This document shows, in pieces, positions 40,922-51,016 of a stretch of 54,153 nucleotides of DNA. Source of the DNA: an uncultured Flavobacteriales bacterium (GTDB lineage: Bacteria > Bacteroidota > Bacteroidia > Flavobacteriales > UBA7312); the NCBI GenBank assembly GCA_964004705.1, contig CAXFOQ010000004.1, positions 1-54,153 of the forward strand. The letters run 5' to 3'. Position 1 is the first letter of the stretch, and each line of letters begins with the position of its first letter. The position numbers and the translations under genes were made by a program. The notes beneath the pieces are model-generated. The model had not been told where the DNA came from and did not search any database. It saw only the letters and a program-made list of their open reading frames with translations.

Positions 40922-41899
40922 ATGAAAACATTTATTATGAGATTATTTAAAGGTGTTGCAATGGGTGCCGCAAATGTAATACCTGGAGTTTCAGGTGGTA
41001 CTATAGCTCTCATAACTAACATATATGAAGAGCTGATTGATTCTCTCAAATCCTTCAACTTAAATGCATTAAAACTAATTTTAAAAGGTCAATTCAAAAC
41101 ACTTCACAGTCAATTAAACTTAAATTTTCTCATGCCTATTATTTTGGGTATAGTGTTGAGTATTTTAAGTTTAGCTAAATTATTTGATTACCTTTTAGTA
41201 GAATATCCCGCACATACTTGGGCATATTTTTTTGGATTAGTGTTAGCCTCTGTTTACTATGTTGGGCTAAAAGTCAAAAATTGGAATTTGAAAATAATAG
41301 TAACACTAATAATAGGAGCTTTAGTCGCTTTAACAATTTCTTTTGCATCTCCATCTCCTAGTGAAAACACTTCTTATTTCTATATTTTCATTTGTGGATT
41401 AATTGGAATATGCGGTATGATTCTACCAGGATTATCGGGATCTTATATTTTGATGCTGATGGGAAATTATCATCTATTGATGGTAAAATCTATTAATAGT
41501 ATTTCAGAATTTACTCAAGCTCTACTAAGTGGTAATTTTTCTACTTTTTATTCGAGTTCAGAATTCAATTTATTGATTTACTTCTTTATATTCCTTATCG
41601 GATCAGTAGTAGGTTTAATTGTTTTTTCAAATATCATTTCTTGGATATTTAATAAATATCAAGATGCAACACTCGCGCTTCTTACTGGATTTGTTTTTGG
41701 ATCGTTAAGTATCATATGGCCATGGAAAAAAGAAATTTTTAATAGTGAAATAATTGACAGAAACGGCGAGCCTCTGCTAGCAGGTTACGAACGCTATTTA
41801 CCAGAAATATGGGGAATAAATGAGCTCTTTGTAGTTATAATGATGCTTATTGGAGTACTTTCAATAGTATTTGTTGAATTTTTAGCTAAACAGAAATAA
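40922..41899 (+). CDS. DUF368 family membrane protein
   Basis: KGVAMGAANVIPGVSGGTIA and MILPGLSGS re-entrant motifs, plus IWPW. Start placed at the ATG at 40922. Confidence 0.9.
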   Translation: MKTFIMRLFKGVAMGAANVIPGVSGGTIALITNIYEELIDSLKSFNLNALKLILKGQFKTLHSQLNLNFLMPIILGIVLSILSLAKLFDYLLVEYPAHTWAYFFGLVLASVYYVGLKVKNWNLKIIVTLIIGALVALTISFASPSPSENTSYFYIFICGLIGICGMILPGLSGSYILMLMGNYHLLMVKSINSISEFTQALLSGNFSTFYSSSEFNLLIYFFIFLIGSVVGLIVFSNIISWIFNKYQDATLALLTGFVFGSLSIIWPWKKEIFNSEIIDRNGEPLLAGYERYLPEIWGINELFVVIMMLIGVLSIVFVEFLAKQK

Positions 41900-42633
41900 T
41901 GAAATCCTTTGGAGTTATTGGATACCCTCTAGAACATTCTTTATCAAAATCCTATTTTGAAAATAAGTTTTTGAATGAAAATATAAAAGGTGTAGAGTAT
42001 CTTAATTTAGAGTGTCAAGATTTAGATAAATTATTCAATTCTGAGCAATTAATAAAATTAGATGGCTTTAACGTTACTATACCACATAAAGAAAACATTA
42101 TAACCTATTTAGATGAATTAATTCCTGAGGCTCAAGCTATTGGGGCAGTAAATTGTGTAAAAAATAATGGAGGTAAGCTAGTGGGACACAATACAGACTA
42201 TCTAGGCTTTTTGAACTCTCTTGAACCAATTTTAAAGCCTCATCACAAAAGTGCATTAGTACTTGGAAATGGCGGAGCTACAAAAGCTGTTATTTATGCT
42301 TTACAAAAGCTAAATATTACATTTGAAATAGTGTCTAGAAATTCTTCATTTGATTATACTGACGTAGATAATAAGTGTATAGAAAAACACCAAATAATTA
42401 TTAATTGCACACCATTAGGCACCTATCCTCAAATCGAAAGTTTTCCACAGATACCCTATCAATTTTTATCAGAAAAACATATTCTCTATGATTTAGTTTA
42501 TAATCCTAAAATAAGTCTTTTTCTTTCCTATGGAAAAGAGAAAAACTGCATAATTAAAAATGGATTAGAAATGCTAACTATTCAAGCAGAAGAAGCATGG
42601 AACATATGGAAAGGTAAAAATTACACTTATTAA
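41899..42633 (+). CDS. aroE: Shikimate dehydrogenase
   Basis: GYPLEHSLS, NVTIPHK, GAVN, GHNTD, GNGGA, DLVYNP and NGLEML motifs. Confidence 0.95.
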   Translation: MKSFGVIGYPLEHSLSKSYFENKFLNENIKGVEYLNLECQDLDKLFNSEQLIKLDGFNVTIPHKENIITYLDELIPEAQAIGAVNCVKNNGGKLVGHNTDYLGFLNSLEPILKPHHKSALVLGNGGATKAVIYALQKLNITFEIVSRNSSFDYTDVDNKCIEKHQIIINCTPLGTYPQIESFPQIPYQFLSEKHILYDLVYNPKISLFLSYGKEKNCIIKNGLEMLTIQAEEAWNIWKGKNYTY

Positions 42634-42676
42634 TATTTTTAATGTTAAATTTGCATAAATCTAATCAATAGACAAG

Positions 42677-44458
42677 ATGACCCAAGATTCAAACGAGGTT
42701 GAAAAAGAAATCATTAAACAAGAGTTACACAATGAAAATACTTTAATTGAAATTGACTACAACTCATTTACTCCTCAAGAATTACAGCAACAAGTATCCG
42801 AACTAATTACAACGGAAAATATATATTCAGTTGCTAAGAGTATTGATGCAATCAAAGCTGCGTTTTATAAAAAAATAAATACCGAAAAAAAAATCCATAA
42901 AGAAGAGTATTTAAAAAATGAAGGCCTTGAAGAAGAATATAAGTTTGTCCATCCATTAGAAAAAGATTTTAAAAAACTCTTCAGCGAATTCCGTAAAAAG
43001 AAAGCCGAATACAGAAAGAAAATAGAGTTAGACTTTGCTAAAAACCTCAAGATAAAAACTCAAATCATTAAGGATATAGAAAGTATTATTAGTGATGAGG
43101 AAACTATTAAAGAGACATTTGAAAAATTTAGAGCGTTACAAGATAAGTGGAGAGCTACAGGAGAAGTCGGTATAGGTTATAGAAATGACATTTGGAAGTC
43201 ATACCACCATCAAGTTGAAAAATTCTATGATTTCATAAAGATCAATAACGACTTACGAGATTTAGATTTTGATAGAAACCTAAAGCAAAAAACTAGTTTG
43301 TGTGAACAGGCAGAAGCCTTAATGGAAGAAAAATCCATAAATAAGGTACACACTGAATTACAGCTTCTTCATGAAAAATGGAAAGACGTAGGACCAGTCA
43401 AAAGAGAGCTCAGGGAAGAAATATGGGAACGTTTTAAAGAAGCTACACATAAATTACACAAAAGAAGAAACGAACACTTCCTTGACTTAAAAGAAAAAGG
43501 TAAACAATCTTTTGAGAATAAATCTGTGATTTGTCAAAAAATTGCTACTCTTACTGAAAGTGAAGTTAAGTCTCATAACGAATGGAATAAGTTAACTTCA
43601 CAAGTAAAAGAGTTAGAATCTGATTGGAAGAAACAAGCTCCCATGAGCAAAGAAGATAATAAAGCGGCTTGGAAAATTCTAAGAGAAACACTTTCTAATT
43701 TTTACGCTAAGAAAAACGAATTTTACAAAGAGAAGAAGCAAGAAAATAAACAAATCATACAAAGTAAAGTTGTCTTGTGTGAAAAAGCCGAAGAATTAGT
43801 CAATTCGCAAGTCAGTTGGAAAGAGAAAACAGATAAGCTCAATAAACTTAATGAAGACTGGAAGAAAAGTGGCTACCTGCCTAAATCTCAATCGGATAAA
43901 CTATGGAAGAGATTTAGAATAGCTATTGATAATTTCTACGATAGCAAAAAAAGCTTCTATAAGGAACTAGACAAAGAAAAAGAATTTAACCTAGCTAAAA
44001 AAGAAAAGTTCTTAAAAAGAATTCAAAAATTTAAGCTTTCTGAAGATAAAAAAGTAAACCTTAATACTATTGAAGATTTTCAAAAAGAATGGCGCAATCT
44101 CGGCTATGTTCCTAGAGACAAAAATCAAATAGAGGATGATTTTAGAAAATCTATTGATAGCTTTTACAAAGAAATGAAAGTTGATATGAAAGAACTTAAC
44201 GATATTAAGTTCAAAAATAAACTAGAAACTTTAAAAGCTAAATCTGATTCATTTGTAATAGATAAAGAAAAGCAATTCATTAGAAATAAAATTAACGATT
44301 TACAAAAAGATGTTAATCAATACGAAACTAACATCTCTTTCTTTGGTTCATCTAAAGGCGCTGACAAACTCAAATCTCAGATAGAAAAGAAGATAGAAAA
44401 CGGAAAAGCTGAAATAGACTCACTTAAAGATAAACTAAAACAGCTTAACAGCCTGTAA
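42677..44458 (+). CDS. DUF349 repeat protein
   Basis: About five ~75-aa helical repeats (K..LCE.AE.L...L...WK..G.V....W..F). TAAATTTG box at 42646-42653. Confidence 0.88.
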   Translation: MTQDSNEVEKEIIKQELHNENTLIEIDYNSFTPQELQQQVSELITTENIYSVAKSIDAIKAAFYKKINTEKKIHKEEYLKNEGLEEEYKFVHPLEKDFKKLFSEFRKKKAEYRKKIELDFAKNLKIKTQIIKDIESIISDEETIKETFEKFRALQDKWRATGEVGIGYRNDIWKSYHHQVEKFYDFIKINNDLRDLDFDRNLKQKTSLCEQAEALMEEKSINKVHTELQLLHEKWKDVGPVKRELREEIWERFKEATHKLHKRRNEHFLDLKEKGKQSFENKSVICQKIATLTESEVKSHNEWNKLTSQVKELESDWKKQAPMSKEDNKAAWKILRETLSNFYAKKNEFYKEKKQENKQIIQSKVVLCEKAEELVNSQVSWKEKTDKLNKLNEDWKKSGYLPKSQSDKLWKRFRIAIDNFYDSKKSFYKELDKEKEFNLAKKEKFLKRIQKFKLSEDKKVNLNTIEDFQKEWRNLGYVPRDKNQIEDDFRKSIDSFYKEMKVDMKELNDIKFKNKLETLKAKSDSFVIDKEKQFIRNKINDLQKDVNQYETNISFFGSSKGADKLKSQIEKKIENGKAEIDSLKDKLKQLNSL

Positions 44459-46447
44459 ATGGGATTCAAAATCGTATCGGATTTTAGCCCTATGGGCGAC
44501 CAGCCTACAGCAATAAAACAATTGGTTGAGGGTATAGACAATGGGGAATCACATCAGACTTTATTAGGGGTTACTGGTTCAGGAAAAACCTTTACAGTAG
44601 CCAATGTTATTAAAGAGGTTCAAAAGCCAACTCTAGTTCTTAGTCACAACAAAACACTAGCAGCACAATTATACAGCGAGTTCAAGCAATTCTTTCCCCA
44701 TAATGCCGTAGAATACTTTGTATCCTATTACGATTATTATCAGCCAGAGGCATATATACCAAGTAGTGGTACATACATAGAAAAAGATTTATCAATAAAT
44801 CAAGAAATAGAGAAGCTAAGATTGAGCACCACCTCAACCCTCTTATCAGGAAGAAAAGATATTATTGTTGTTGCTTCTGTATCCTGTATTTATGGTATAG
44901 GAAACCCTGATGAATTCAGCAATAACGTTATTGAAATTGAGCAAAATCAAAAGGTTAGTCGTAATAAGTTACTAAATCAACTAGTAACCTCACTGTACTC
45001 ACGTTCTGATATCCAATTCGAAAGAGGTAATTTTAAAGTTCAAGGAGATACTGTTTCTGTTTTTCCAGCCTATGCAGATATAGCCTATAAAATTCACTTT
45101 TGGGGTGATGAAATTGAAGAAATAGAAAGTTTTGATCCTTTAAACAACACTATTTTAGAAAAGTTCGAATACTTACGCATTTATCCCGCTACAATTTTTG
45201 TAGCTTCTAAAGAGCGTATACAAAGTGCTATTCATCATATACAAGATGATTTGATGGATCAGGTACAGTTTTTAAACAACACTAATAGAAAGCTAGAGGC
45301 TAAACGATTAGATGAGCGTGTCAATTACGATTTGGAAATGATTAGAGAACTTGGTTATTGTTCTGGTATAGAAAATTATTCACGCTACTTTGATGGTCGT
45401 ATGCCAGGAACTCGTCCGTTCTGCCTAATCGACTATTTTCCAAAAGAATTCTTGACTGTAATAGATGAAAGTCATGTGACATTACCTCAGATAAGAGCTA
45501 TGTTTGGTGGCGACCGTTCAAGAAAGGAAAACCTCGTAGAGTATGGCTTTCGTTTACCAGCTGCTATGGACAATAGACCATTGAAATTTGAAGAATTTGA
45601 GAACATTAATAATCAATTCATTTATGTTAGTGCTACTCCAGCCGATTATGAGCTAGAACAATCTGGTGGCGTCGTAGCTGAACAAGTAATTCGCCCTACA
45701 GGCTTATTAGATCCCAAAATAGACGTCAGACCCTCACTCAACCAAATTGACGACTTACTAGAAGAAATTAAACTGAGAGTTGATAAAGACGAGCGTACCC
45801 TTGTAACAACACTAACTAAACGAATGGCTGAGGAATTGACAAAATACCTAACACGTTTTGATATTCGTTGCCAATACATACACTCGGATGTAGATACACT
45901 AGAGCGAGTAGAAATACTACACGAATTGAGAGAAGGTCTGTTTGATGTCTTGGTGGGAGTTAATCTACTTCGAGAAGGATTAGACTTACCTGAAGTTAGC
46001 TTAGTAGCTATTCTGGATGCCGATAAAGAGGGTTTTTTAAGGTCGGAACGCTCACTTACTCAAACCGCAGGTAGAGCGGCAAGAAACGTCAATGGTTTAG
46101 TTATTATGTATGCTGATAAAATAACACGCTCTATGAAACTCACTATTGACGAAACAAATAGACGTAGAGAAAAACAAATTGCTTTCAATACAGAGCACGG
46201 CTTAGTGCCTACCCCATTGAATAAAAAGAAAGACAATGCATTAACCAAGAGTCTTAATCCATACGCAGTAAAAGAAGGTATGAGTATGGCTTCTGAGATT
46301 GAAATAGATTACTCAAATCCAAAAGAATTGGAAAGAGCTATTAAAAACACCAAAAAACAAATGGAAAATGCAGCTCAAGACTTGGATTTCCTAGAGGCTG
46401 TAAAACTTAGAGATAAACTTACTGAGCTCAAGAAATTGAGAAAATAG
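44459..46447 (+). CDS. uvrB: Excinuclease ABC subunit B
   Basis: GVTGSGKT, FVSYYDYYQPEAY, DESH, QTAGRAARN and a C-terminal UVR domain. Confidence 0.98.
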   Translation: MGFKIVSDFSPMGDQPTAIKQLVEGIDNGESHQTLLGVTGSGKTFTVANVIKEVQKPTLVLSHNKTLAAQLYSEFKQFFPHNAVEYFVSYYDYYQPEAYIPSSGTYIEKDLSINQEIEKLRLSTTSTLLSGRKDIIVVASVSCIYGIGNPDEFSNNVIEIEQNQKVSRNKLLNQLVTSLYSRSDIQFERGNFKVQGDTVSVFPAYADIAYKIHFWGDEIEEIESFDPLNNTILEKFEYLRIYPATIFVASKERIQSAIHHIQDDLMDQVQFLNNTNRKLEAKRLDERVNYDLEMIRELGYCSGIENYSRYFDGRMPGTRPFCLIDYFPKEFLTVIDESHVTLPQIRAMFGGDRSRKENLVEYGFRLPAAMDNRPLKFEEFENINNQFIYVSATPADYELEQSGGVVAEQVIRPTGLLDPKIDVRPSLNQIDDLLEEIKLRVDKDERTLVTTLTKRMAEELTKYLTRFDIRCQYIHSDVDTLERVEILHELREGLFDVLVGVNLLREGLDLPEVSLVAILDADKEGFLRSERSLTQTAGRAARNVNGLVIMYADKITRSMKLTIDETNRRREKQIAFNTEHGLVPTPLNKKKDNALTKSLNPYAVKEGMSMASEIEIDYSNPKELERAIKNTKKQMENAAQDLDFLEAVKLRDKLTELKKLRK

Positions 46448-46448
46448 T

Positions 46449-46853
46449 CTAATCATATCCCCAACGATGAACATCGTTATTAGCTTCCTCTATATCGTCT
46501 TTTACTAATTTAATACGCTGAGCTAGTAAACCAAATAGTTTGTCGTTAAGCATAAGCCAACGCATTTGTTCTTTATCGTTATCGGCTGCCTTAGCTACTT
46601 TTGCTAACAACTTAAAGCCATTAATTTCTAACCAACGAATAGCATCTTTTTTACCCTCAACGCCTTTGATAGTTGCTAGAAGATGAGGCGCGTTTTTAAT
46701 CAACCAATCCGAAGCACTTTTATCGAAATAAAGCGCATGACAAAACAAGCCTAACTCAGGGTAGTTATTCTTCATAAGCCAATCTCTTATTTCAAGGTTT
46801 CCTGAAATAGCTTCACCCCAAGCAACAATGATTTTCTCTGGATATTTTTTCAT
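46449..46853 (-). CDS. Hypothetical protein with four ~25-aa tandem helical repeats
   Basis: WLxxN recurs at residues 25, 50, 74 and 99. Start placed at the ATG at 46853. Confidence 0.75.
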   Translation of the reverse strand: MKKYPEKIIVAWGEAISGNLEIRDWLMKNNYPELGLFCHALYFDKSASDWLIKNAPHLLATIKGVEGKKDAIRWLEINGFKLLAKVAKAADNDKEQMRWLMLNDKLFGLLAQRIKLVKDDIEEANNDVHRWGYD

Positions 46854-46880
46854 AAAAAAAAGCCTCAATGATGAGGCTTT
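46854..46880 (-). terminator. Intrinsic terminator-like hairpin abutting the start codon at 46853
   Basis: Minus strand reads AAAGCCTCA-TCAT-TGAGGCTTTTTTTT-ATG. Confidence 0.72.
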
Positions 46881-46891
46881 ACGAAATTTAC

Positions 46892-47260
46892 TTATTTTAT
46901 CCTATCTATGCTTCTATGTTTGAAAAAATAACTTCCATTATCTACAGCAACTAGCTCCCATCCTCTTTGACCTAATAGGTTAATCACCTCAATTACTGAA
47001 CCCTTTCCTTCAATTGATTTATTTAATCTATTTGTATGTTTTACACTGAAAGATCTGAATTTAAAAGAAAAACGAGGACTGTTCTTCTTAGAAATATTTT
47101 CCGTTACATTCATAACCATGTATGCATACGGTGCAGGTTTTTTTTCATTTAAAACTTTATCTTTTGTTGTTTTATCTTTTGAGTTATTGGGCATAGGTTT
47201 AGTTTGTGCCAATAAAGTCATTGGTAAAAAAATAATCAAAAGAATTAAAATATTCTTCAT
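46892..47260 (-). CDS. Small exported hypothetical protein (C-terminal GWELV motif, DUF4177-like)
   Basis: Signal peptide (..TLLAQ) and INLLGQRGWELVAV...YFFK. Confidence 0.65.
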   Translation of the reverse strand: MKNILILLIIFLPMTLLAQTKPMPNNSKDKTTKDKVLNEKKPAPYAYMVMNVTENISKKNSPRFSFKFRSFSVKHTNRLNKSIEGKGSVIEVINLLGQRGWELVAVDNGSYFFKHRSIDRIK

Positions 47261-47288
47261 TGTTAAATATTTTTAATTAATAAATTTT

Positions 47289-48134
47289 TTATTTATCACC
47301 ACCCAAGATAATCGGCAAATCACCTTCTCCATTTCCGATAACAATAACTTTACTATTAGGAGATTTAGATAGTTCTTGTGTAGTTTCAATACCTTTCCAT
47401 TTAAGTAACTGAGGTGTAATTGTCTTTGTAACGATACGTTGAAAATCAGAAATTCCTTCTGCTTCAATTCTCTTTCTTTCCGCTTCTTTTGACTCTTTTA
47501 AAAGTTTAAACTCATATTCAAGTGCCTCTTGCTCTTGTCGTAGTTTATTTTCAATCGCTGCCTGTAGAGTTTGCGGTAAGGTTACGTCTCTAATAAGTAT
47601 TGCATCTAAAAATAAATATTTATCAGCAATTGATTTTGAAGTTATTTCAAATACTTTATCTTCTACTTCTTCTCTTTTAGTAGAATATAATTCTTCAGGT
47701 AAATACTCGCCGATTACTTCTCTTGTAACAGAACGTATCTCAGGACGAATAATACTTTCTAAATAATCTTCTCCAACTAGGTCATGAAGATATCCTAATT
47801 GACTTACATTTGGAGTATATCTGAAAGATAAATCTATTTTGATTGAAAGACCGTTCTTAGACAATACTTCCATTGCTTCATAATCTTCTTGTATTTTTAC
47901 ATTATAAATGTATACTTTATTCCAAGGAGCAATAAAATGAAAACCCTGTGGAACCACTAGATCTTTGTCAAGACCACCTCCAAAACGTTTAAAAATGACT
48001 GCTTTTTCTCCTGGATTAACAGTGTAAAACATGTTACCTCCAGTTATTAAAAGAAAAATAATTGCTATAAACCCTAGAACGAAAAACCTTGGCAATTTAG
48101 GGTTAAATCCACCTGAATCATTATTTTCAAACAT
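47289..48134 (-). CDS. SPFH/prohibitin family membrane protein
   Basis: N-terminal TM, then VNPGEKAVIF, GFHFIAPW, IRDVTLP, the coiled coil EAERKRIEAEG and GDLPIILG. Confidence 0.92.
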   Translation of the reverse strand: MFENNDSGGFNPKLPRFFVLGFIAIIFLLITGGNMFYTVNPGEKAVIFKRFGGGLDKDLVVPQGFHFIAPWNKVYIYNVKIQEDYEAMEVLSKNGLSIKIDLSFRYTPNVSQLGYLHDLVGEDYLESIIRPEIRSVTREVIGEYLPEELYSTKREEVEDKVFEITSKSIADKYLFLDAILIRDVTLPQTLQAAIENKLRQEQEALEYEFKLLKESKEAERKRIEAEGISDFQRIVTKTITPQLLKWKGIETTQELSKSPNSKVIVIGNGEGDLPIILGGDK

Positions 48135-48155
48135 ACTATTATATTTTTAAAATTG

Positions 48156-50183
48156 TTAAATGTTAGTAATTCTCTTTCTCAAGAACCATTCAATTGTCAA
48201 AAATACAAATAATAAAATGAAAATCCATTTCAAATTAATTAAATCACTCTGTGATTCCTCTTGAAAACTTAAACTTTTTGATTCTATAGCTAAAATTTCA
48301 TTTTTAAGTTCAGAGAATTGTGATTTATAATATGATTTTCCATCATATTTTTGTGACAAATTAAAAAGAATTTGATGATTAGCTTGTAATGATATTTTTT
48401 CTAATTCTAGAGGTTGAACTGAAAACCTGCCCTTATTTAATAATTCTTTACCATTTAATAAAACTTTTGCCTCATATCTGTAATTACCGACTTTTAACTC
48501 ATTTAACTCTAAGGTGTAACCTACAGATGTTTTATTAAATAAAAAATTGTATGCATTTTCATCTTCATCTCTTATCAAAAGACTCACCTCAGCATTATTG
48601 ACTAGCTCATAGTTAGCATCGTATAAATCCGCTTCAATTAACAAAGGCTCATTCTCATAGATAAGTTTTTCATGTCGCAATCTAAAAGGTCTTTTATCTT
48701 CTTTGACAGACAAGAATTGAACGCATTTATTGATTAATTCATCAAATAGCTTATGATTATTAGTTTTTAGAAACTCATATAAACGCCATTTCCATAAGCC
48801 TTCAACAGCACAAACTGCATGTCTATATTCACCTTGCTTGCTAAACGTAAAGATGGGTTTTTGAGTAGTTATACCTAATATATTTTGAGTAAAAAGATGA
48901 TGATATTCAGAGTTGAAGGTATATTCTGCTAATGGACTATATAAGGGTGGTAGTTCTTCCAACCACAAATTCCATTTATCATTCAATGAGAATAAAGAAA
49001 AGGAATTATAATCGAAATTAACCTCATTGAGCGTACTTTTAGACGGTAAATAACTAAACCATTCTAAAGATAGGGCTTGACTTGAATTTCCAATGAAATA
49101 AAAGGTAGGTATATTAGGTTCTATAATACTTAACTGAAAAGCAATTAACAAACTGTAAGGGCTGTAATCGCCATCAAAATCTGATGTATTTTGTACAACT
49201 AACTCATAATTTTCATTAGACTGTATAGATTTACTTATGGCAGCTATATCAGGGTGTGAGATATTACTCAATAAAAGTATTTTCTGCTTACTTTCTAGGA
49301 CATCCACAAAGATATTTTGAGTATTGTTTAAGGTGTTTTGTTCTCCCTCCACAGCTTTGAGTTCAATTCTGTAATTATGAATACCAACGCTTTGAGCACT
49401 TATTTTATAGTCAAAAGAAATAATCTCGTCATTACGATTTATTAACTTCTCTTTTTTATCAAGTAAAACATCTCCTTCATAAATACTAACTTCTAGCATC
49501 TCTCCTTTGGAAAATTGAGATAAAACTGTAGTTGAAATAGGAAAAGAATTACCCAAATATGCAATTTCATTGTATGAAACTGAAGTCAATTCTAAATCTT
49601 TCTTGGCAATGGTATCTCCTAAACATATGGTATATAAAGGAGCGTTAAAAGGATAACTGGCATACAAAGGATTAGATCCTGAGTTATATATTCCATCAGA
49701 GGCAATGATATTAGCTACCACATTACGATTGGAATATATATCCGAAACCTCATTAAGATAATCTGATAAATTTGTTTTTCTGTCTTTAAAATCAAAACTT
49801 GGATTCCTTTCTACCTTTTCACCAAAGGCATATATCTCAACTTGAAAATCTTCCTCAAAATCAGCTTTTAAATCATCAAGTTCATTAACAAAATTAGTGT
49901 AGTAATAAAGGCTATCTGCATTGGCTAGTAAAGATGATGAATTGTCAACCCCAACTAAAATTATTGCTTGTTCTTTATGCGTAACAAACTGATTTATATA
50001 AGGTTTGAGCAATAAAAAAGTAAGAATAAAAAAAGTCGCAAAGCGTAGGGCGAATAAAAATCTTCTCAGCCATAAAGTGGATCTAAAGACTCCTTTATTG
50101 TACAGAACATAAGAAACAGCTATGGCAAGGGCAATACAACCCACAATCCATAGCATTGACCATTCTGTAGTAATGTAATTCAT
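48156..50183 (-). CDS. Membrane-anchored vWA-domain protein
   Basis: Two N-terminal TMs, MIDAS DNSSS...T...SDG, an Ig-like middle region and a C-terminal TM ending EWFLRKR. The ATG at 50183 overlaps the fabG stop (TAATG). Confidence 0.78.
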   Translation of the reverse strand: MNYITTEWSMLWIVGCIALAIAVSYVLYNKGVFRSTLWLRRFLFALRFATFFILTFLLLKPYINQFVTHKEQAIILVGVDNSSSLLANADSLYYYTNFVNELDDLKADFEEDFQVEIYAFGEKVERNPSFDFKDRKTNLSDYLNEVSDIYSNRNVVANIIASDGIYNSGSNPLYASYPFNAPLYTICLGDTIAKKDLELTSVSYNEIAYLGNSFPISTTVLSQFSKGEMLEVSIYEGDVLLDKKEKLINRNDEIISFDYKISAQSVGIHNYRIELKAVEGEQNTLNNTQNIFVDVLESKQKILLLSNISHPDIAAISKSIQSNENYELVVQNTSDFDGDYSPYSLLIAFQLSIIEPNIPTFYFIGNSSQALSLEWFSYLPSKSTLNEVNFDYNSFSLFSLNDKWNLWLEELPPLYSPLAEYTFNSEYHHLFTQNILGITTQKPIFTFSKQGEYRHAVCAVEGLWKWRLYEFLKTNNHKLFDELINKCVQFLSVKEDKRPFRLRHEKLIYENEPLLIEADLYDANYELVNNAEVSLLIRDEDENAYNFLFNKTSVGYTLELNELKVGNYRYEAKVLLNGKELLNKGRFSVQPLELEKISLQANHQILFNLSQKYDGKSYYKSQFSELKNEILAIESKSLSFQEESQSDLINLKWIFILLFVFLTIEWFLRKRITNI

Positions 50184-50929
50184 TAAGTAAGCATTCCTCC
50201 ACAAACATTTAAGACTTGTCCTGAAATATATGCTGACATATCAGAAGCTAAAAAGACGGTAGCATTAGCAATATCTTCGGGTGTTCCTCCACGTTTCAAT
50301 GGAATACTATCTGTCCAGCCTTTCACAATATTTTCATCTAACTTAGCCGTCATTTCTGTCTCTATAAAACCAGGTGCAATAACGTTACAACGTATGTTTC
50401 TAGAACCCAACTCTAGAGCTGTAGATTTTGAAAAACCTATAATACCAGCTTTTGAAGCCGAATAATTAGCTTGACCAGCATTACCTTTTACCCCAACAAC
50501 TGAGCTCATATTAATTATAGAACCAGAACGTTGTTTAAGCATAGGTCTTAAAATAGCTTTAGTTAAGTTAAAAATAGACTTCATATTTACCTCCATAACC
50601 GTATCAAAGTCTTCTTCACTCATGCGCATGAGTAGGTTATCTTTGGTAATACCTGCATTGTTTACTAAAACATCAATGCTACCAAAAGTCTCCATGACTT
50701 GGTCGGCCAAATCTTGAGCAGCTTCAAATTTTGAAGCGTCCGATTTGAAGCCTTTAGCTTTTACACCAAAAGCTGATAATTCTTCTTCTAAACCTTTGGC
50801 TTTTTCTTCAGATGACAAATAAGTAAAAGCAATATTTGCCCCTTGCTTTGCAAAGGTTAATGCTATTCCTTTTCCTATTCCTCTTGAGGCACCAGTGATT
50901 ATGGCCGTTTTACCTTCTAATAATTTCAT
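50183..50929 (-). CDS. fabG: 3-oxoacyl-ACP reductase
   Basis: TGASRGIG, NNAGITKD, GNAGQANYSASK and APGFIETEMT motifs. Confidence 0.95.
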   Translation of the reverse strand: MKLLEGKTAIITGASRGIGKGIALTFAKQGANIAFTYLSSEEKAKGLEEELSAFGVKAKGFKSDASKFEAAQDLADQVMETFGSIDVLVNNAGITKDNLLMRMSEEDFDTVMEVNMKSIFNLTKAILRPMLKQRSGSIINMSSVVGVKGNAGQANYSASKAGIIGFSKSTALELGSRNIRCNVIAPGFIETEMTAKLDENIVKGWTDSIPLKRGGTPEDIANATVFLASDMSAYISGQVLNVCGGMLT

Positions 50930-50969
50930 TGTTTTTTAAATTTAAATGCTAAAATAATAGTATTCCAAT

Positions 50970-50994
50970 AAAAAAGACGCTTAAAGCGTCTTTT
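50970..50994 (-). terminator. Intrinsic terminator downstream of sucD
   Basis: AAAAAAGACGCT-TAA-AGCGTCTTTT inverted repeat, with the U tract on the minus strand. Confidence 0.8.
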
Positions 50995-51016
50995 CTAATA
51001 ATTTTTATCGTTTGAG

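Noticed and set aside
42677-44458. ~75-aa internal repeats as a novel repeat protein
   Set aside because: Explained by the known DUF349 repeat family common in Bacteroidota.
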